From assembly GCF_002854065.1 (NCBI RefSeq), contig NZ_CP024147.1: a stretch of DNA of 64,000 bases, one strand, 5' to 3'. Within the stretch, counting starts at the first letter, position 1. Every line of letters begins with the position of its first letter. The position numbers were made by a program, and so were the translations under genes. Below the pieces are notes generated by a model, which did not search any database, had not been told where the DNA came from, and saw nothing but the letters and a program-made list of their open reading frames with translations. This document shows, one piece after another, positions 33,970-45,501 of the stretch. Source of the stretch: Escherichia coli (GTDB lineage: Bacteria; Pseudomonadota; Gammaproteobacteria; Enterobacterales; Enterobacteriaceae).

Positions 33970-35156
33970 TTATTTCCGCAGCCAGCGATTATCGCGCCGC
34001 AGCGCAACGCATTCTGCCGCCGTTCCTGTTCCACTATATGGATGGGGGTGCATATTCTGAATACACGCTGCGCCGCAACGTGGAAGATTTGTCAGAAGTG
34101 GCGCTGCGCCAGCGTATTCTGAAAAACATGTCCGACTTAAGCCTGGAAACGACGCTGTTTAATGAGAAATTGTCGATGCCGGTGGCGCTAGGTCCGGTAG
34201 GTTTGTGTGGCATGTATGCGCGACGCGGCGAAGTTCAGGCAGCCAAAGCGGCGGATGCGCATGGCATTCCGTTTACTCTCTCGACGGTTTCCGTTTGCCC
34301 GATTGAAGAAGTCGCGCCAGCCATCAAGCGCCCAATGTGGTTCCAGCTTTATGTACTGCGCGATCGCGGCTTTATGCGTAACGCGCTGGAGCGAGCAAAA
34401 GCAGCGGGTTGTTCGACGCTGGTTTTCACCGTGGATATGCCGACACCGGGAGCGCGTTATCGTGATGCGCATTCTGGAATGAGCGGCCCGAACGCGGCAA
34501 TGCGCCGCTATTTGCAGGCGGTGACGCATCCGCAATGGGCGTGGGATGTGGGCCTGAACGGTCGTCCGCATGATTTAGGAAATATTTCGGCTTACCTCGG
34601 CAAACCGACCGGACTGGAAGATTACATCGGCTGGCTGGGGAATAACTTCGATCCGTCCATCTCATGGAAAGACCTTGAGTGGATCCGCGATTTCTGGGAT
34701 GGCCCGATGGTGATCAAAGGGATCCTCGATCCGGAAGATGCGCGCGATGCAGTACGTTTTGGTGCTGATGGGATTGTAGTTTCTAACCACGGTGGCCGCC
34801 AGTTGGACGGTGTACTCTCTTCCGCTCGTGCGTTGCCCGCTATTGCAGATGCGGTGAAAGGTGATATAGCCATTCTGGCGGATAGCGGAATTCGTAACGG
34901 GCTTGATGTCGTGCGTATGATTGCGCTCGGTGCCGACACCGTACTGCTGGGTCGTGCTTTCTTGTATGCGCTGGCAACAGCTGGCCAGGCGGGTGTAGCT
35001 AACCTGCTAAATCTGATCGAAAAAGAGATGAAAGTGGCGATGACGCTGACTGGCGCGAAATCGATCAGCGAAATTACGCAAGATTCGCTGGTGCAGGGGC
35101 TGGGTAAAGAGTTGCCTGCGGCACTGGCTCCCATGGCGAAAGGGAATGCGGCATAG
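33966..35156 (+). CDS. lldD: FMN-dependent L-lactate dehydrogenase
   Basis: 396-aa ORF; alpha-hydroxy-acid oxidase family motifs (…[10 protein letters not shown]…). Confidence 0.95.
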
Positions 35157-35159
35157 TCG

Positions 35160-35340
35160 TTTGCGCCCCCTCACCCTAACCCTCTCCCTCAGGGAGAGGG
35201 GAACGTTCGGCGCTGTATGTACTCCCTCACTCTGAAACGACACCGCACTCTTTTTTTCTCCCTCGCCCCTCTGGGGAGAGGCCGGGGTGAGGGGAAAAGG
35301 CCGCACGGCTCACCAATTTTCTGCTATCCTGCCCCCGCAC
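35160..35340. repeat. ccctctcc/ggagaggg-type extragenic palindromic elements
   Basis: ccctcaccctaaccctctccctcagggagagggg and cccctctggggagaggccggggtgagggg between lldD and trmL. Confidence 0.6.
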
Positions 35341-35352
35341 TAAGGGGGCAGT

Positions 35353-35826
35353 ATGCTAAACATCGTACTTTACGAACCAGAAATTCCGCCAAATACTGGC
35401 AACATCATCCGTCTTTGCGCTAATACCGGCTTTCGTCTGCATATCATCGAACCGATGGGATTTGCCTGGGACGATAAGCGCCTGCGCCGCGCAGGGCTGG
35501 ACTATCACGAATTTACCGCCGTTACGCGTCATCATGACTATCGCGCGTTCCTCGAAGCAGAAAATCCCCAACGGCTGTTTGCCCTTACGACCAAAGGTAC
35601 GCCCGCACATAGCGCCGTAAGCTATCAGGATGGCGACTATCTGATGTTTGGCCCGGAAACGCGCGGCCTGCCAGCGAGCATTCTTGATGCCCTGCCCGCT
35701 GAACAAAAAATTCGTATTCCAATGGTGCCGGACAGCCGCAGCATGAACCTGTCCAATGCGGTGTCGGTGGTGGTGTATGAAGCCTGGCGCCAGCTGGGGT
35801 ATCCGGGAGCGGTGTTGAGAGATTAG
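35353..35826 (+). CDS. trmL: tRNA (cytidine/uridine-2'-O)-methyltransferase, SpoU family
   Basis: 157-aa [37 protein letters not shown]... Confidence 0.9.
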   Translation: MLNIVLYEPEIPPNTGNIIRLCANTGFRLHIIEPMGFAWDDKRLRRAGLDYHEFTAVTRHHDYRAFLEAENPQRLFALTTKGTPAHSAVSYQDGDYLMFGPETRGLPASILDALPAEQKIRIPMVPDSRSMNLSNAVSVVVYEAWRQLGYPGAVLRD

Positions 35827-35828
35827 TT

Positions 35829-35875
35829 ACGCCAGGCCGGATAAGATGCGTTATGAACTGCATCGCATCCGGCAC
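35829..35875. repeat. REP extragenic palindrome
   Basis: acgccaggccggataagatgcgttatgaactgcatcgcatccggcacg. Confidence 0.6.
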
Positions 35876-35887
35876 GATCACAAGGCG

Positions 35888-36709
35888 TCAGATCCCATCC
35901 CCATACTCAAATGTATGGTTAATACCGTTGAAATGCTGGTCCATATCCATTGATGGCTTATCGCTGTCTGGTTTACCGACAATGCGTGCCGGAACGCCAG
36001 CGGCGGTGGTATGCGGCGGCACCGGTTGCAGCACTACAGAACCTGCACCAATCTTCGCGCCGCGCCCAACTTCAATATTGCCGAGAATTTTCGCGCCCGC
36101 GCCAATCATCACACCTTCACGAATTTTCGGGTGACGGTCACCACCAGATTTACCCGTACCGCCAAGCGTCACAGATTGCAGAATCGATACGTCGTTTTCA
36201 ATCACCGCCGTTTCACCAACGACGATGCCTGTCGCGTGGTCAAGCATGATACCGCGACCAATTTTTGCTGCCGGGTGAATATCAACCTGGAACATCACAG
36301 AAACCTGGTTTTGCAGAAAGATTGCCAGTGCGCGACGCCCCTGATTCCACAACCAGTGACCGATGCGATAGGCCTGCAAGGCATGAAAACCCTTCAGGTA
36401 TAACAACGGGGTTGAGTATTTATCGACTGCCGGGTCGCGGGTACGCACCGCCTGAATATCACAGGCCGCAGAGGCGATCATTTCCGGGTCAGCGGCGTAG
36501 GCTTCTTCCACCACTTCACGGATAGCAATAGCAGGCATAATTGGCGATGACAGCTTGTTCGCCAGCATGTAGCTCAGTGCACTGCCAAGGTTTTCGTGCT
36601 TGAGTAGCGTCGCGTGGTAAAAACTGGCCAGCATTGGCTCACAGTCCGCCAGCGTTCTGGCTTCGGCTTTAATATTGTTCCAGACAATTTCCAGTTCTTC
36701 ACACGACAT
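35888..36709 (-). CDS. cysE: serine O-acetyltransferase
   Basis: 273-aa ORF; hexapeptide-repeat left-handed beta-helix region (GETAVIENDVSILQSVTLGGTGK...). Confidence 0.95.
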   Translation of the reverse strand: MSCEELEIVWNNIKAEARTLADCEPMLASFYHATLLKHENLGSALSYMLANKLSSPIMPAIAIREVVEEAYAADPEMIASAACDIQAVRTRDPAVDKYSTPLLYLKGFHALQAYRIGHWLWNQGRRALAIFLQNQVSVMFQVDIHPAAKIGRGIMLDHATGIVVGETAVIENDVSILQSVTLGGTGKSGGDRHPKIREGVMIGAGAKILGNIEVGRGAKIGAGSVVLQPVPPHTTAAGVPARIVGKPDSDKPSMDMDQHFNGINHTFEYGDGI

Positions 36710-36788
36710 TGCTTACTCCACACGATGAGATAATGACCGGCCCGTTCTGCGCGGGCCGGGTCATAGCGGTAACAAAGGTTCCCTGGGG

Positions 36789-37808
36789 TTAGTGGCTGCT
36801 GCGCTCGTCCTTGCGTGCACGACCTAATAACGTCAATGCTGCCTCGCGCGCGTTTTTTCCGCAATATAATACTTGATAAATTTCCTCGGTTATTGGCATT
36901 TCAACGCCGAAGCGATGCGCCAGTTCGCGGACTTCTTTCGTATTGCGGTAGCCTTCCACCACCTGACCAATCTTCTCCTGCGCGCTTTGTACATCCATGC
37001 CCTGACCGAGCATCATGCCAAAACGGCGGTTACGCGACTGGTTGTCGGTACAGGTAAGCACCAGATCCCCCAGCCCCGCCATGCCCATAAAGGTGGCAGG
37101 ATCGGCACCCAGCGCCGCGCCAAGACGCGACATTTCAGCCAGCCCACGGGTGATCAGCGCCGTACGCGCATTCGCACCAAAACCGATACCGTCGGACATC
37201 CCCGCACCAATGGCAATGACGTTTTTCACCGCGCCGCCAAGCTGCACGCCAATGAAATCCGGGTTACTGTAAACGCGGAAACTTTTGCCGCAGTGCAGCA
37301 GCTGCTGAAGATCATCAGCAAAGGTCTGATCGGTCGAGGCCAGCGAAATAGCTGTCGGTAAACCTGCCGCCAGTTCTTTCGCAAACGTTGGGCCAGAGAT
37401 AACCGCCAGCGGAATTTGATCGCCTAACGCCTCGCGGGCCACGTCCTGTAACAGACGCCCGGTTTCCGCTTCCAGCCCTTTGGTCGCCCACACCAGACGC
37501 GCATCAGGACGCATCAGCGGTTTAATCTGGCGCAGCACTTCACCAAAGACATGGCTGGGTACGACGACGAGAATATTACGGCTGGCTGCCAGCGCAGTGG
37601 CGAGATCGCTTTCAAGATGGAGCGTATCGGGAAAAGGCACATCGGGGAGAAACGCGGCGTTACAGCGGTCGCGTTCAAGCGTTGCGATATGTTCAGGGTC
37701 ATGGCCCCAGAGGACAACCTCGTGGCCATTTCTTGCCAGGGTGATGGCAAGAGCGGTGCCGTACGAGCCGGCACCGATCACAGTCATTGAAGCATTACGT
37801 TGGTTCAT
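36789..37808 (-). CDS. gpsA: NAD(P)H-dependent glycerol-3-phosphate dehydrogenase
   Basis: 339-aa ORF; N-terminal Rossmann motif [12 protein letters not shown]. Confidence 0.95.
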   Translation of the reverse strand: MNQRNASMTVIGAGSYGTALAITLARNGHEVVLWGHDPEHIATLERDRCNAAFLPDVPFPDTLHLESDLATALAASRNILVVVPSHVFGEVLRQIKPLMRPDARLVWATKGLEAETGRLLQDVAREALGDQIPLAVISGPTFAKELAAGLPTAISLASTDQTFADDLQQLLHCGKSFRVYSNPDFIGVQLGGAVKNVIAIGAGMSDGIGFGANARTALITRGLAEMSRLGAALGADPATFMGMAGLGDLVLTCTDNQSRNRRFGMMLGQGMDVQSAQEKIGQVVEGYRNTKEVRELAHRFGVEMPITEEIYQVLYCGKNAREAALTLLGRARKDERSSH

Positions 37809-38275
37809 CAGGCATCCTGATGTTCTTCAGTACCTTCGCCAGCCTGCTGCTGCAAATAGTTCATGAACAGCGCATCGAAGTTAACCGGCGCAAGGTTCAG
37901 TTGCGGGAATGTACCGCGGGATACCATGCTGGTGATGCACTCACGAGCATACGGGAACAGAATGTTCGGGCAGTATGCGCCCAGGCAATGTGCCATCTGG
38001 GTGCCTTCGATACCCGCGATGGAGAAAATACCGCCCTGCTGAACTTCACACAGGAACGCGGTTTCTTCGCCCAGGGAGGCCGTTACGGTAACACGCAGTA
38101 CCACTTCGTAAACGTCATCTGCCAGTTGAGTAGATGCCGTATCCAGATCAAGTTTAACTTCTGGCTGCCAATCTTTCTGGAAAACGTGCGGCGCGTTCGG
38201 CGCTTCGAAAGAAATATCCTTGGTATAAATACGTTGGATCTGGAAAGTCATTTCGGTGTTGTTTTGTTCTGACAT
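37808..38275 (-). CDS. secB: protein-export chaperone SecB
   Basis: 155-aa [32 protein letters not shown]...; 1-nt overlap with gpsA. Confidence 0.95.
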
Positions 38276-38337
38276 GTGTAGAAAACCCTTAAGTGTTGTC
38301 CTTAAATACTGCGCAATGTAATGCCAACGTTCACACG

Positions 38338-38589
38338 TTATTTCAGCAGGGGATCCAGTCCACCACGTGCATCCAATGCATACAAGTCATCACAGCCGCC
38401 AATGTGCTGTGCGTCAATAAAAATCTGGGGAACCGTGGTGCGACCGCTGCGTTTGATCATCTCTTCACGCTTGGCGGCGTTGCCATCGATCGGCAGCTCC
38501 TGGAAACTCACGCCTTTGCTGCTCAGCAGTGCTTTTGCACGATGGCAATACGGGCAGGTTTCTTTGGTATAGATTTCAACATTGGCCAT
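38338..38589 (-). CDS. grxC: glutaredoxin 3
   Basis: 83-aa ORF with CPYC active site. Confidence 0.95.
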
Positions 38590-38730
38590 AAATTAGCTCC
38601 TGTTTTTTTACCCTGAAATTTCATGTTGCAGGGCGGCAGCAAAATGGAGTGTCCCCAGAAGCTTATAACAATAAGTCGCTGGGGGCCTAATTGCAGCTAA
38701 CGGCCTGCATCATGAAAGACGACAGGTAAA

Positions 38731-39162
38731 TTATTTGCCGCGCACCAAAGGCAAGTTTTCGCCAGCCCAGCCAGCGACGCCTTCTTTCAGCACGAATACT
38801 TGCGCAAAACCAGCTTTCGTCAGTGCGTTTGCAGGCTCCTGGCACTGCATGCCAGAACCGTCTACCACGATAACCGGTTTGTCTTTGTGCTTCTCAAGCT
38901 CACCAACATTGTTGGCTTTGATTTCGCTCGGCAACAGATTAATAGAACCTGCGATATGGCCTTTACGGAAGTCATCACGCTGACGTAAATCCACAACCAC
39001 AGCGTCTTCTTTGTTGATCAGACGCGTAGCTTCACCACGACTAATCACCTTCACTTTCGAGGTCAGGCTCTTAAACGTAGTCACAAGAACCGCCACCAGT
39101 AACGCGATCCAGGCGATACTCAGTATGGGATGACGGCCAACAAATTGCATAATTTCTTGCAT
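38731..39162 (-). CDS. yibN: rhodanese-domain inner-membrane protein
   Basis: About 143 aa from [23 protein letters not shown]...; N-terminal TM helix plus rhodanese domain. Start is uncertain (39162 or 39174). Confidence 0.8.
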   Translation of the reverse strand: MQEIMQFVGRHPILSIAWIALLVAVLVTTFKSLTSKVKVISRGEATRLINKEDAVVVDLRQRDDFRKGHIAGSINLLPSEIKANNVGELEKHKDKPVIVVDGSGMQCQEPANALTKAGFAQVFVLKEGVAGWAGENLPLVRGK

Positions 39163-39406
39163 GGGGGGTAACAACTCCCGACGTAGTGATTAAAAAAACC
39201 AGGAAAGGAGTATACCTGCGCGGTGCGGCAAATACAGCCAGCGCGTTAACTGGAATGCAATTTTGCGGGGCGCGACGAAAAAAAAGCGTAAATCTGGCAT
39301 CGGCTTGCCGCGAGCGGTCGTATATTTTGATCTTCAGAGGCTATTTTATCGATTCAGCTGTAGTAAAATTACGCAAATTTTGACTCTTGAGTATGAGGTT
39401 GTCGCA

Positions 39407-40951
39407 ATGTCGGTTTCTAAAAAACCTATGGTACTGGTGATTCTGGATGGCTATGGCTATCGCGAAGAACAGCAGGATAACGCCATTTTTAGTGCTAAAA
39501 CCCCGGTAATGGATGCACTGTGGGCCAATCGTCCGCATACCCTGATCGACGCTTCCGGTCTGGAAGTCGGTCTGCCTGACCGTCAGATGGGTAACTCCGA
39601 AGTAGGCCACGTTAACCTGGGTGCCGGCCGCATCGTGTATCAGGACCTGACTCGTCTGGACGTTGAAATCAAAAATCGCGCTTTCTTTGCTAATCCAGTG
39701 CTGACTGGCGCGGTAGATAAAGCGAAAAACGCAGGCAAAGCGGTACACATTATGGGTCTGCTCTCCGCAGGCGGCGTACACAGCCACGAAGATCACATCA
39801 TGGCGATGGTAGAACTGGCAGCTGAACGCGGCGCAGAAAAAATCTACCTGCACGCATTCCTTGACGGTCGCGACACTCCGCCGCGCAGTGCTGAATCCTC
39901 GCTGAAAAAATTCGAAGAGAAATTTGCCGCGCTGGGTAAAGGCCGCGTAGCGTCCATCATTGGTCGTTACTACGCGATGGACCGCGATAACCGTTGGGAT
40001 CGCGTTGAAAAAGCTTATGACCTGCTGACTCTGGCGCAGGGTGAGTTCCAGGCCGATACCGCCGTTGCTGGTTTGCAGGCTGCTTATGCTCGCGACGAAA
40101 ACGACGAGTTCGTGAAAGCGACCGTTATTCGTGCAGAAGGTCAGCCAGATGCGGCAATGGAAGACGGCGATGCGCTGATTTTCATGAACTTCCGTGCTGA
40201 CCGTGCGCGTGAAATCACTCGTGCTTTCGTGAACGCTGATTTCGATGGCTTCGCGCGTAAGAAAGTGGTTAACGTCGATTTCGTGATGCTGACCGAATAC
40301 GCCGCTGACATCAAAACTGCGGTTGCTTACCCACCCGCTTCCCTGGTTAACACCTTCGGCGAGTGGATGGCGAAAAACGACAAAACTCAGTTGCGTATTT
40401 CCGAAACCGAAAAATATGCCCACGTTACTTTCTTCTTCAACGGTGGCGTAGAAGAGTCGTTCAAAGGCGAAGATCGCATTCTGATCAACTCACCGAAAGT
40501 GGCTACCTACGATCTGCAACCGGAAATGAGCTCCGCAGAGCTGACCGAAAAACTGGTTGCGGCCATCAAGAGCGGCAAATACGACACCATCATCTGTAAC
40601 TATCCGAACGGCGACATGGTAGGTCACACCGGGGTGATGGAAGCGGCGGTTAAAGCGGTTGAAGCACTGGATCACTGCGTGGAAGAAGTCGCGAAAGCGG
40701 TTGAGTCCGTGGGTGGACAACTGCTGATCACCGCTGACCACGGTAACGCTGAGCAGATGCGCGATCCGGCAACGGGTCAGGCACATACGGCACACACCAA
40801 CCTGCCAGTTCCGCTGATTTACGTTGGCGATAAGAACGTGAAAGCGGTTGAAGGCGGCAAACTTTCTGACATCGCGCCGACCATGTTGTCGCTGATGGGT
40901 ATGGAAATCCCGCAAGAGATGACTGGTAAGCCGCTGTTCATCGTGGAATAA
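39407..40951 (+). CDS. gpmM: 2,3-bisphosphoglycerate-independent phosphoglycerate mutase
   Basis: Start set at ATG 39407 ([20 protein letters not shown]...), giving 514 aa; the track ORF over-extends upstream. Confidence 0.95.
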   Translation: MSVSKKPMVLVILDGYGYREEQQDNAIFSAKTPVMDALWANRPHTLIDASGLEVGLPDRQMGNSEVGHVNLGAGRIVYQDLTRLDVEIKNRAFFANPVLTGAVDKAKNAGKAVHIMGLLSAGGVHSHEDHIMAMVELAAERGAEKIYLHAFLDGRDTPPRSAESSLKKFEEKFAALGKGRVASIIGRYYAMDRDNRWDRVEKAYDLLTLAQGEFQADTAVAGLQAAYARDENDEFVKATVIRAEGQPDAAMEDGDALIFMNFRADRAREITRAFVNADFDGFARKKVVNVDFVMLTEYAADIKTAVAYPPASLVNTFGEWMAKNDKTQLRISETEKYAHVTFFFNGGVEESFKGEDRILINSPKVATYDLQPEMSSAELTEKLVAAIKSGKYDTIICNYPNGDMVGHTGVMEAAVKAVEALDHCVEEVAKAVESVGGQLLITADHGNAEQMRDPATGQAHTAHTNLPVPLIYVGDKNVKAVEGGKLSDIAPTMLSLMGMEIPQEMTGKPLFIVE

Positions 40952-40984
40952 TCCCTCCCCATGAGGGGAAAGGCGATTAATACC

Positions 40985-42244
40985 ATGACACGGGCCGTGA
41001 AACCGCGCAGGTTTGCAATCAGGCCCATCATCTACGCCAGCGTTCTTAGCGCTGGCGTATTGTTGTGCGCCTTTTCCGCCCACGCGGATGAGCGTGACCA
41101 ACTCAAATCTATTCAGGCCGATATCGCCGCGAAAGAGCGCGCGGTACGCCAAAAGCAACAACAACGCGCAAGCCTGCTCGCACAATTGAAAAAGCAGGAA
41201 GAAGCGATCTCTGAATCCACCCGTAAGCTGCGCGAAACGCAAAACACGCTCAATCAACTCAATAAACAGATTGATGAGATGAACGCGTCGATTGCCAAAC
41301 TGGAGCAGCAAAAAGCCGCCCAGGAGCGCAGCCTCGCCGCACAACTGGATGCCGCATTCCGTCAGGGCGAGCATACCGGTATTCAGCTGATTCTCAGCGG
41401 TGAAGAAAGCCAGCGTGGACAGCGTTTACAGGCTTATTTCGGCTATCTCAACCAGGCGCGACAAGAAACCATTGCCCAGTTGAAGCAAACGCGTGAAGAA
41501 GTCGCCATGCAGCGTGCTGAACTGGAAGAGAAACAGAGCGAGCAACAAACGCTGTTATATGAGCAGCGCGCCCAACAGGCGAAACTGACTCAGGCGCTGA
41601 ACGAGCGTAAAAAGACGCTGGCAGGGCTGGAGTCTTCCATCCAGCAAGGTCAGCAACAGTTGAGCGAGCTGCGCGCCAACGAATCCCGTCTGCGTAACAG
41701 CATTGCCCGTGCGGAAGCCGCGGCGAAAGCGCGTGCAGAACGAGAAGCACGTGAGGCCCAGGCGGTTCGCGACCGCCAGAAAGAAGCGACGCGTAAAGGC
41801 ACCACCTACAAACCGACTGAAAGCGAAAAATCGCTGATGTCCCGTACCGGTGGTCTGGGCGCGCCGCGTGGTCAGGCATTCTGGCCGGTTCGCGGGCCGA
41901 CGCTGCATCGCTATGGCGAACAGCTACAGGGTGAATTACGCTGGAAAGGGATGGTGATTGGTGCCTCTGAAGGTACTGAAGTTAAAGCGATTGCCGACGG
42001 TCGGGTGATTCTGGCTGACTGGCTGCAAGGCTACGGTCTGGTGGTGGTGGTTGAGCATGGTAAAGGCGACATGAGTCTTTACGGCTATAATCAGAGCGCA
42101 CTGGTGAGCGTTGGTTCGCAGGTTCGCGCGGGCCAGCCAATTGCACTGGTGGGCAGCAGTGGCGGTCAGGGTCGGCCTTCACTCTATTTCGAAATTCGCC
42201 GCCAGGGTCAGGCGGTCAATCCACAGCCGTGGTTGGGAAGATAA
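40985..42244 (+). CDS. envC: murein hydrolase activator (LytM/M23-domain, coiled-coil)
   Basis: Start set at ATG 40985 (MTRAVKPRRFAIRP...), giving 419 aa; long coiled coil then C-terminal M23-like domain. Confidence 0.9.
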   Translation: MTRAVKPRRFAIRPIIYASVLSAGVLLCAFSAHADERDQLKSIQADIAAKERAVRQKQQQRASLLAQLKKQEEAISESTRKLRETQNTLNQLNKQIDEMNASIAKLEQQKAAQERSLAAQLDAAFRQGEHTGIQLILSGEESQRGQRLQAYFGYLNQARQETIAQLKQTREEVAMQRAELEEKQSEQQTLLYEQRAQQAKLTQALNERKKTLAGLESSIQQGQQQLSELRANESRLRNSIARAEAAAKARAEREAREAQAVRDRQKEATRKGTTYKPTESEKSLMSRTGGLGAPRGQAFWPVRGPTLHRYGEQLQGELRWKGMVIGASEGTEVKAIADGRVILADWLQGYGLVVVVEHGKGDMSLYGYNQSALVSVGSQVRAGQPIALVGSSGGQGRPSLYFEIRRQGQAVNPQPWLGR

Positions 42245-42247
42245 GTT

Positions 42248-43207
42248 TTGTTTCCATTTCGTCGTAACGTTCTTGCATTTGCCGCTCTGTTGGCGCTCTC
42301 CTCCCCCGTAATTGCTGGCAAACTTGCCATCGTCATTGATGATTTTGGGTATCGCCCGCACAACGAAAACCAGGTGCTGGCGATGCCTTCCGCTATCTCC
42401 GTCGCTGTATTACCCGATTCACCGCACGCCAGAGAGATGGCGACCAAAGCGCATAACAGCGGTCACGAAGTGTTGATTCATCTCCCGATGGCACCGTTGA
42501 GTAAACAGCCGCTGGAGAAAAATACGCTACGCCCGGAGATGAGCAGCGACGAAATTGAGCGCATTATTCGTAGTGCGGTCAATAACGTGCCCTATGCCGT
42601 GGGGATCAACAACCACATGGGCAGCAAGATGACCTCTAACCTGTTTGGTATGCAGAAAGTGATGCAGGCGCTGGAGCGTTACAATCTTTACTTCCTCGAC
42701 AGCGTAACCATTGGTAATACCCAGGCGATGCGCGCCGCGCAAGGCACTGGCGTGAAGGTTATTAAACGGAAGGTGTTCCTCGACGATTCACAGAACGAAG
42801 CGGACATCCGTGTGCAGTTCAATCGCGCAATTGATCTGGCGCGTCGCAACGGTTCAACCATTGCCATTGGGCATCCTCACCCTTCAACGGTACGCGTGCT
42901 ACAACAGATGGTTTATAACCTGCCGCCAGACATTACGCTGGTAAAAGCCAGCAGCTTGCTGAATGAACCGCAGGTTGATACGTCTACACCGCCGAAAAAC
43001 ACTGTGCCCGACACACCGCGTAATCCGTTCCGTGGCGTGAAGCTGTGCAAACCGAAGAAACCGATAGAACCTGTTTATGCTAATCGCTTCTTTGAAGTAT
43101 TAAGCGAAAGCATCAGCCAGAGCACGCTGATCGTTTACTTCCAGCATCAGTGGCAAGGCTGGGGCAAACAGCCCGAAGCGGCGAAACTTAACGCTAGCGC
43201 AAATTAA
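42248..43207 (+). CDS. yibQ: divergent polysaccharide deacetylase family protein
   Basis: 319-aa ORF with N-terminal signal/TM; directly follows envC. Confidence 0.85.
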   Translation: MFPFRRNVLAFAALLALSSPVIAGKLAIVIDDFGYRPHNENQVLAMPSAISVAVLPDSPHAREMATKAHNSGHEVLIHLPMAPLSKQPLEKNTLRPEMSSDEIERIIRSAVNNVPYAVGINNHMGSKMTSNLFGMQKVMQALERYNLYFLDSVTIGNTQAMRAAQGTGVKVIKRKVFLDDSQNEADIRVQFNRAIDLARRNGSTIAIGHPHPSTVRVLQQMVYNLPPDITLVKASSLLNEPQVDTSTPPKNTVPDTPRNPFRGVKLCKPKKPIEPVYANRFFEVLSESISQSTLIVYFQHQWQGWGKQPEAAKLNASAN

Positions 43208-44228
43208 AGGCGCTACGCGTAATGCGATGGTGCGACCGCGTTTTGTCGCGCCATTGCCATAAGCGGAAAGACCACAGTAACGCCTGGTAACCCACCTTCA
43301 CGCTGCGCACATTGGTAATCAGGCGCTTATACATACCGGAAGTAAATATCTCGGCAATCATCCGTTGGCGGGTAAGAATATCCGGCTCTTTGCGCACCGC
43401 ATGGCAAACACGCAATGCTTCGTAAGTTATTTGCTGATGAAATTCCGGATAAATCGTAATTTTGTCGGCATAATTTCGATTTAATTTCTCCAGCAGGCGG
43501 GTAATCTTAATATAGTGACGTTGATAATTAAGGTTTTTATTCCCTTGTCTATGCAACCGACTCACTGACGTATTATGCAGATAATATTTATATAATGATT
43601 GCTCGGTATATCGCGCACGCAGCGCATTAAACATGAATTCTGTTGTCCAGACAATATCCTGATGATGTAATCCGGCAATAAATTTAATGTTATTTTTAAC
43701 AATAACATCGCGGCGATAAACCCCCATCCAGACAACGTGAGTCCAACGGCGCGAAGAAAGCCCCATCCGCAGCCAGTCCGGGCCGGTTAAGACACCGGTT
43801 GAGCGAAGGCGATCGCTGGGGATGGATTGCCAGGTTTCTCCCGTTTCACGAAAACACCAGTCAGCGTTGCACTGCGCCACGTCGAGGTCGTCCTCTAACG
43901 CCATGGTCATCAGCGTTTCGTACATGGTGGGATAGACTTCATCGTCAGCATCGACAAAAGCGACATATTTGCCCGTTGCCACTTCAATCCCACGATTACG
44001 CGCCACCGATGCGCCAGCATTCGCCTGATGCAACAAACGAACGTGCGGATAGTTTTCTGCGTAATGCTTTGCTATTTCAACAGAATTATCCGTTGAACCA
44101 TCGTTAATAATAATGATTTCCAGAGCAGTCCAGGTTTGCGTAATTAAAGATTCCATACAAGTGCGGAAATCATCGCCCGCATTATATAACGGAATAATAA
44201 CACTAAGTTTATTGGTGCTGTTCATCAT
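43194..44228 (-). CDS. waaH: family 2 glycosyltransferase (LPS core modification)
   Basis: 344-aa ORF; GT2 signature (SVIIPLYNAG...VAFVDADD). Confidence 0.85.
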   Translation of the reverse strand: MMNSTNKLSVIIPLYNAGDDFRTCMESLITQTWTALEIIIINDGSTDNSVEIAKHYAENYPHVRLLHQANAGASVARNRGIEVATGKYVAFVDADDEVYPTMYETLMTMALEDDLDVAQCNADWCFRETGETWQSIPSDRLRSTGVLTGPDWLRMGLSSRRWTHVVWMGVYRRDVIVKNNIKFIAGLHHQDIVWTTEFMFNALRARYTEQSLYKYYLHNTSVSRLHRQGNKNLNYQRHYIKITRLLEKLNRNYADKITIYPEFHQQITYEALRVCHAVRKEPDILTRQRMIAEIFTSGMYKRLITNVRSVKVGYQALLWSFRLWQWRDKTRSHHRITRSAFNLR

Positions 44229-44435
44229 AAATTACCGACAACCTCTGAAGTTATCCTGACGTTTTACAGGCTTTGTATTAAGAAACTATTAAGCCTGTGA
44301 GATATTCTTTTTACAGGTGAGAGAGTCACTTCAGGGTAGAGAGATAATGAGAGCAGCTATATAAGAGATCAGCACAATTACGAACTCTTTATTACACTGA
44401 CAGGATTTTACATATTTAACAGATTATCCTCAGAT

Positions 44436-44462
44436 AAAAGGGCTGGAATACCAGCCCTTGTT
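44436..44462 (-). terminator. rho-independent terminator after tdh
   Basis: Minus-strand aagggctgg-tatt-ccagccctt followed by TTTATCTG, just past the tdh stop. Confidence 0.6.
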
Positions 44463-44466
44463 CGTG

Positions 44467-45492
44467 TTAATCCCAGCTCAGAATAACTTTCCCGGACTGG
44501 CCCGAACGCATAGCGTCAAAGCCCTTCTGGAAATCATCGATAGAGAAACGATGGGTAATGATCGGCGAGAGATCGAGGCCAGACTGAATCAGCGCCGCCA
44601 TCTTGTACCAGGTTTCAAACATCTCACGACCGTAAATGCCTTTAATGAACAAGCCCTTAAAGATCACTTTTGTCCAGTCTATCGACATGTCAGAAGGTGG
44701 AATACCCAGCATCGCAATGCGACCGCCGTGGTTCATGGTGTCGAGCATGGTACGAAACGCTGGCGGCGCACCAGACATTTCCAGACCGACATCAAAGCCT
44801 TCGGTCATGCCTAACTCCGCCATCACGTCATTGAGATTTTCTTTGGCGACGTTAACCGCACGGGTGATACCCATTTTACGCGCCAGCTCAAGGCGGTATT
44901 CATTAACATCCGTGATCACCACGTTGCGTGCACCAACGTGTTTCGCCACCGCCGCAGCCATGATACCTATCGGCCCTGCACCAGAGACCAGCACATCCTC
45001 GCCAACCAGATCGAACGACAGCGCGGTATGCACGGCGTTACCGAAGGGATCAAAAATGGAAGCTAGGTCGTCGGAGATATTGTCTGGGATTTTGAAGGCG
45101 TTGAACGCCGGGATCACCAGATATTCGGCGAAGCAGCCCGGACGGTTAACGCCGACGCCGATCGTGTTGCGGCACAGATGGGTACGACCGCCACGACAGT
45201 TGCGACAGTGACCGCAAGTGATATGGCCTTCGCCAGAAACGCGATCGCCAATCTTGAAGCCTTTCACTTCCTGACCAATACCTACCACTTCACCGACATA
45301 TTCATGGCCCACGACCATCGGCACCGGGATGGTTTTTTGCGACCACTCATCCCAGTTATAGATGTGAACGTCAGTCCCGCAGATGGCTGTTTTACGGATT
45401 TTAATCAGCAGATCGTTATGCCCGAGTTCCGGTACAGGAACGTCGGTCATCCAGATGCCCTCTTCCGCTTTCAGTTTGGATAACGCTTTCAT
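44467..45492 (-). CDS. tdh: L-threonine 3-dehydrogenase
   Basis: 341-aa ORF; zinc-ADH family (…GHEYVGEVV…, [18 protein letters not shown]). Confidence 0.95.
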
Positions 45493-45501
45493 CTCACATC
45501 C

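Noticed and set aside
40490-41374. 294-aa minus-strand ORF overlapping gpmM 3' end and envC
   Set aside because: Antisense to two confidently called genes; repetitive Q/L/R-rich mirror of the envC coiled-coil region.
44229-44436. Canonical PhoB box upstream of waaH
   Set aside because: I looked for tandem CTGTCAT 7-mers with 4-bp spacing and found none; only the weaker TTTTACAGG direct repeat is present, reported above at low interest.
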